Source of the DNA: Polyangiales bacterium
GTDB taxonomy: Bacteria; Myxococcota_A; Polyangia; Polyangiales; Houyiibacteriaceae
Reading direction: 5' to 3'
Length of the DNA: 18,519 bases
Assembly (NCBI GenBank): GCA_045106895.1
Contig: JBGCFM010000208.1
Location: 1 to 18,519 of the forward strand
The notes beneath the pieces were generated by a model. That model had not been told where the DNA came from. It saw only the letters and a program-made list of their open reading frames with translations, and made no database searches. Positions 14,679-18,519 of this stretch are shown here, piece after piece. The position numbers and the translations under genes are program-made. How positions within the stretch are numbered: the first letter of the stretch is position 1; every line of letters starts with the position of its first letter.

Positions 14679-15293
14679 TTAGCCGATTCCAGCGGTCTTC
14701 AGGATCGTCTTCCAGATCTGGTCGCGGCCTTCGCCGGTTTCGGCACTAAACCCATGCACCTTGGCGCCGCTGGAGTTTTGCTGGACGCCCTTGAGGGTTA
14801 GCTTTGCTCGCGCCTTCGGGACCTTGTCGAGTTTCGTCGCGACGACGATGGGCTCGCGGTCGATGTGCTCCAGGTAGTCGATGAGCTGTCGGTCGTCGTC
14901 TTCAAGTCCGCGCCGCACGTCGACGATGATCACGACCCCACGTAGACCCGGCCGCTGGGACATAAAAGACTCCATCAGGGGGCCCCAGCTCATGCGCTCT
15001 TTCTTGCTGCGTCGGGCAAAGCCGTAGCCAGGGAGGTCGACGAGATCGAGGAGAGCGTTCTCAGTCTGTCCCGGGGGCCGCAGCTCAACTTCAAAGATGT
15101 TGATGGCGCGTGTGCAGCCGGGTGTTCCGCTGGTGCGGACGAGCTTCTTGCGCGCGACGAGCTTGTTGATGAGGCTTGATTTGCCGACGTTCGATCGCCC
15201 CGCAAAGGCCACCTCGGCGCGTTGAGGTGGGGGAAGCTGCGCGAGGTCAGTCGCGGAGGCGACGTAACGGGCGTCGATAATCTTGATAGTCAT
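14679..15293 (-). CDS. engB: Ribosome biogenesis GTP-binding protein EngB/YihA/YsxC
   Basis: EVAFAGRSNVGKSSLIN, SGTPGCT, VDLPGYGFA, TKLDK and FSA motifs. Confidence 0.97.
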   Translation of the reverse strand: MTIKIIDARYVASATDLAQLPPPQRAEVAFAGRSNVGKSSLINKLVARKKLVRTSGTPGCTRAINIFEVELRPPGQTENALLDLVDLPGYGFARRSKKERMSWGPLMESFMSQRPGLRGVVIIVDVRRGLEDDDRQLIDYLEHIDREPIVVATKLDKVPKARAKLTLKGVQQNSSGAKVHGFSAETGEGRDQIWKTILKTAGIG

Positions 15294-15324
15294 GGGCCAA
15301 AGCGGTCCCTGGCGCTGAGTGTGC

Positions 15325-18300
15325 TCAAGGAGTCAGTGCGAATACTCGCACAGGACCCTCGACGCTACCCGACGCTCCATTGCCTAGCTGGCCGAGGTTG
15401 TTGCGTCCCCAGCAGAAGACGCCGTTCGTAGCGATGACGCAGGAATGAAACTGGCCACCTTGACCGAGGCTCTGGACAGAGTTGCCCAGCGCACCCAGTC
15501 GATTCCAGCCCGCGTCGTCGACCTCTAGCCCCGGGACGAGAACGCCCTGGATTGCTCCATCGTTGTTCTCGCCCGCGCACCAGACGCCAGTATCCGTAAG
15601 AGCGCAGGTCGCGTTGTTGCGCGTGGCGCATTCGAAGACGTTTCCAATGGGAGGCATCAGGCTCTGCGATGGGAGCACGTTTGTCCCGAGAGTCCCCGGG
15701 TCACATTGGCCATGATCGTTGCCACCCCAACACTCCATTTGGCCTGCGAGGGCCGCGCAGGTGTGGTGGTTTCCTCCGGCCATTTGGGGAAGAGGGGGGT
15801 CGACGAAGGGGAAGTCCGTGAGCATGAAGTTCGTGGGCCCGGACGCGGCGTTTGTTCCCAGTTCGAAGCTACCGTTCTCGCCAAAGCACCCGAGTGTCGC
15901 GACGGATGCCGAGCGCACGTCAAGAGCACACGTGAACCCGCTTCCCATGGACACGTCCGATGCATCGAATGAAACGCTGCTGGGCAGAATCGCAGTCGGA
16001 ACAGTTGTCGGCGGAGCCACCTCTCCTGGATCGCCGGCTTGACCGTTGTCGTTGAATCCCCAGCATTGAAGAAGACCCGCTGTGCTGATGATGCAGGTGT
16101 GAGAGCCGCCAGCAAAGATGCGACTTGTCGGCGCGGGTGGCAGCGGCGTTTGCGTGTAGCCGTCGCCGGAGGCTGCGCCACGCCCAAGCTCGTCGTTTCC
16201 ATTCTCGCCCCAGCACCAAACACTCGTGTCGGAACCAACGATGCAAGTGTGGTCAGCGCCCGCCGCGATGTCTACAGCAGAGGGGATTACAGGGATCACC
16301 TGTGGCGTTGGTCGGGTGCCAGTCCGCGTGTCGGCGTCCACTTGGCCGAGGCTGTTGTCGCCCCAGCAAACCACGGCGCCTCCTCCGCGAAGAGCGCAGC
16401 TATGAGCTCGGCCCGACACGACCTTGATGATGGGGTCGCAGACGCCCAGGTTGCACGCTCCGCCGACGCCGCAGTCATTGCCGCAGCCACCGCAGTTCAG
16501 TGGGTCGTTGTCCGTATCGGTACAGCCACCATCGCAGACCAGCTGTCCCGGGGCGTTGCATTCGCAGCGGCCCGGCGACTGGCAAGTTTGGTCGAAGCCG
16601 CAGACGTTCCCGCAGCCGCCGCAGCTACTGTCAAGAAGCGGGTCGACGCAGGTTTCGCCGCAGAGCAGAGAGCGGTCCGTGGGGCAGGTGCAAACGCCCA
16701 TGTCGCAGCCCTGATCCGCTGCGCACCGAATGCCGCAGCCGCCGCAGTGGTCTGTGTTCGTCGACGTGACTACGCACGCCCCGTCACACAACTGCTCCCC
16801 GCTGGGGCACGAGCACTCGCCCTCAATGCAGCTGCTGGCACCAGGGCACACAAATCCGCACTCGCCGCAGTTATTGTTGTCCGCGATGGTATCGATGCAC
16901 GTGCCATCACAGTAGGCCTGGCCGTCCAAACACACGCCGGGCTGGCACGTGCCACCCAGGCAATCCTCTCCCGGTCCGCAGGGATTGCCGCAGCTGCCGC
17001 AGTCGAACCGGCTTTCAGGCGTGTCACAACGCTCGCCGCAGGTTACCCAGCCGGCATCACACGTCGTGGTGCACGAACTTTCGAAACAGCTGAACGTGTC
17101 AACGTTCGGGCCATCGCACTCATTTCCACAGCGCCCGCAGTTGTCGGCATCGGCGCTTACCGGCGTCTCACACCCCGGGTCCGGGTTGCAGTCGTCAAAG
17201 CCCTCCTGGCAGTCCCTTTCGATGCAGTTTCCACCGATGCAGATACCGCCGGCCACGTTCGGGCCTCCAGCGCAGTCGAATTGCGGGTCGAGGTCACCGC
17301 AACCGCCACAGTTGTTGGGGTCGCTGTCCGTGAGCGTCTCGCAGATGCCGCGCGCGTCGCCATCGCAGTCCATGGTTCCGACGGGGCAGTCGCAGATGGC
17401 AGGGGCCTCGTCGAGGGCGCCGTCGCAGTCGTCGTCGACGCTGTTGCAGTCCTCCGTGGCGTCCGGGTTTCTGGCCGCATCCCGGTCGTTGCAGTCGCCG
17501 GCGGAGCCAACGTAGCCAGCCGGCGGCGAGCAGGAAAGAACCGGAGGGAACGAAGGGTTCGCGTTGGTCCCGTGACCATCGCCGTCGCCGTCGTAGAACC
17601 ACTGTACTTCGGTGGCGCCTTCGTCGATGTTCATGTCGCAGTCGTTGTCGCGGCCGTCGCAGCTCTCCGGAGTGCCGCCGCCGGTGTTGGCGTCTTCGTC
17701 GTCGCAGTCGACGCCGCGAGGCGCGCCACAGGCGATGTCGGCGCTGCCGTCTTCGTCGTCGTCTTCGAAGTTGCCGGGGGAGATTTCAAAGTCCGCGCGG
17801 CCGTTGCAGTCCTGGTCGATTCCGTCGCAGACCTCTGCGGAGGCGGGATGAATGCCGGAGTCGTCGTCGTCGCAGTCGGTGTCGAGGAGGGTGGCGCCAT
17901 CGACGGGCTCACAAGACATGACGACGCCGGACGCCGCGCTTCCGAAGCCGTCTCCGTCGGTGTCGCGGTACCAAGGAACGACCTGGGTGTCGTCGTCGAC
18001 GAGGTCGTTGCAGTTGTTGTCGATCATGTCGCAGATCTCGAGCTGACCCGGGTTGATGGCGGGGTTTGTGTCGTCGCAGTCGAAGAGCGTATCGTCATCG
18101 ACGGCGACGAGGCCCGCGAAGCCGGGGCACTCCATGGTGTTCATGCCGGCGACGGGGAAACCATCGCGGTCGGCGTCGGGGGCGACGGTGACGACGACCC
18201 CTTCGTCGATGTTGCCATCGCAGTTGTTGTCTCGGTGGTCGCAGGTCTCGGCGGTGCCGGGGTTGACGTCGCCGCGTCCGTCGCTGCAGTCGTCGCCGCC

Positions 18301-18519
18301 GGTCCGAACTCCGTCGTCGTCGATGTTGAAGCAGCGGTCGTCGAAGTAGCTGTCGCCATCGGCGTCGACGGCACCAAAGGTGGTGGGGTCGCAGTCTTCG
18401 TCGAGGCCTAGGCCTTCGAGCGCGTCGTTGAGGTCGCACACCTCAAGGTTTCCGCCGAAGCGGCGGGCGTCGGTGTCATCGCAGTCTCGTCCGAGGGGCT
18501 CGCCGAGGGCGTCGACGCA
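15325..18519 (-). CDS. Large extracellular Cys/Asp-rich protein: MopE-like metal-binding repeats, Cys-rich repeats and C-terminal RCC1-like propeller; 5'-truncated
   Basis: Frame open to the window end (CVDALGEPLGRDCDDTD...). About 6 DCDDxxxxxxPxxxExCDxxDxxCxG repeats, about 7 [DN]xxCGxCGxxC repeats and 7 GxxH[ST]C...CWGxN..GQ repeats. Confidence 0.9.
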   Translation of the reverse strand, partial: CVDALGEPLGRDCDDTDARRFGGNLEVCDLNDALEGLGLDEDCDPTTFGAVDADGDSYFDDRCFNIDDDGVRTGGDDCSDGRGDVNPGTAETCDHRDNNCDGNIDEGVVVTVAPDADRDGFPVAGMNTMECPGFAGLVAVDDDTLFDCDDTNPAINPGQLEICDMIDNNCNDLVDDDTQVVPWYRDTDGDGFGSAASGVVMSCEPVDGATLLDTDCDDDDSGIHPASAEVCDGIDQDCNGRADFEISPGNFEDDDEDGSADIACGAPRGVDCDDEDANTGGGTPESCDGRDNDCDMNIDEGATEVQWFYDGDGDGHGTNANPSFPPVLSCSPPAGYVGSAGDCNDRDAARNPDATEDCNSVDDDCDGALDEAPAICDCPVGTMDCDGDARGICETLTDSDPNNCGGCGDLDPQFDCAGGPNVAGGICIGGNCIERDCQEGFDDCNPDPGCETPVSADADNCGRCGNECDGPNVDTFSCFESSCTTTCDAGWVTCGERCDTPESRFDCGSCGNPCGPGEDCLGGTCQPGVCLDGQAYCDGTCIDTIADNNNCGECGFVCPGASSCIEGECSCPSGEQLCDGACVVTSTNTDHCGGCGIRCAADQGCDMGVCTCPTDRSLLCGETCVDPLLDSSCGGCGNVCGFDQTCQSPGRCECNAPGQLVCDGGCTDTDNDPLNCGGCGNDCGVGGACNLGVCDPIIKVVSGRAHSCALRGGGAVVCWGDNSLGQVDADTRTGTRPTPQVIPVIPSAVDIAAGADHTCIVGSDTSVWCWGENGNDELGRGAASGDGYTQTPLPPAPTSRIFAGGSHTCIISTAGLLQCWGFNDNGQAGDPGEVAPPTTVPTAILPSSVSFDASDVSMGSGFTCALDVRSASVATLGCFGENGSFELGTNAASGPTNFMLTDFPFVDPPLPQMAGGNHHTCAALAGQMECWGGNDHGQCDPGTLGTNVLPSQSLMPPIGNVFECATRNNATCALTDTGVWCAGENNDGAIQGVLVPGLEVDDAGWNRLGALGNSVQSLGQGGQFHSCVIATNGVFCWGRNNLGQLGNGASGSVEGPVRVFALTP

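Noticed and set aside
16039..18411. 790-aa plus-strand ORF
   Set aside because: Antisense shadow of the Asp/Cys-rich gene: reverse-complemented GAC/TGC codons give Val/Ala runs, and there are no independent motifs.
1..18519. Mobile element, prophage or defence island
   Set aside because: No integrase, transposase, phage structural, nuclease or RT motifs seen; no evident compositional break; housekeeping genes are interspersed throughout.

Overview
GC-rich, gene-dense chromosomal window, most likely from a myxobacterium (phylum Myxococcota). This is inferred from the many Cys-rich lipoproteins, an AgmX/PglI-C-like protein and a MopE-repeat/Cys-repeat/RCC1 giant protein. Housekeeping genes (lepA, an RluB-type pseudouridine synthase, engB/yihA) are interspersed with envelope genes: a tandem pair of DxDxDG-repeat lipoproteins, a membrane-anchored glutaredoxin, a Zn-ribbon/inactive-transglutaminase/TPR membrane protein and a MepA-type endopeptidase. 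The most unusual locus is a three-gene ECF module on the minus strand (7214-10080). It has an ECF sigma factor translationally coupled to a 569-aa putative anti-sigma protein (TM - STN-like domain - Pro linker - bactofilin-like beta-helix - multi-TM domain), preceded by a stand-alone paralogue of that same multi-TM domain, with an ECF-like promoter and phased A-tracts upstream. Five genes have a TAnnnT -10-like box 6-8 nt before their ATG, suggesting leaderless mRNAs. No rRNA, tRNA, CRISPR array or mobile element was recognised. All family assignments come from motif recognition by eye, not database searches.
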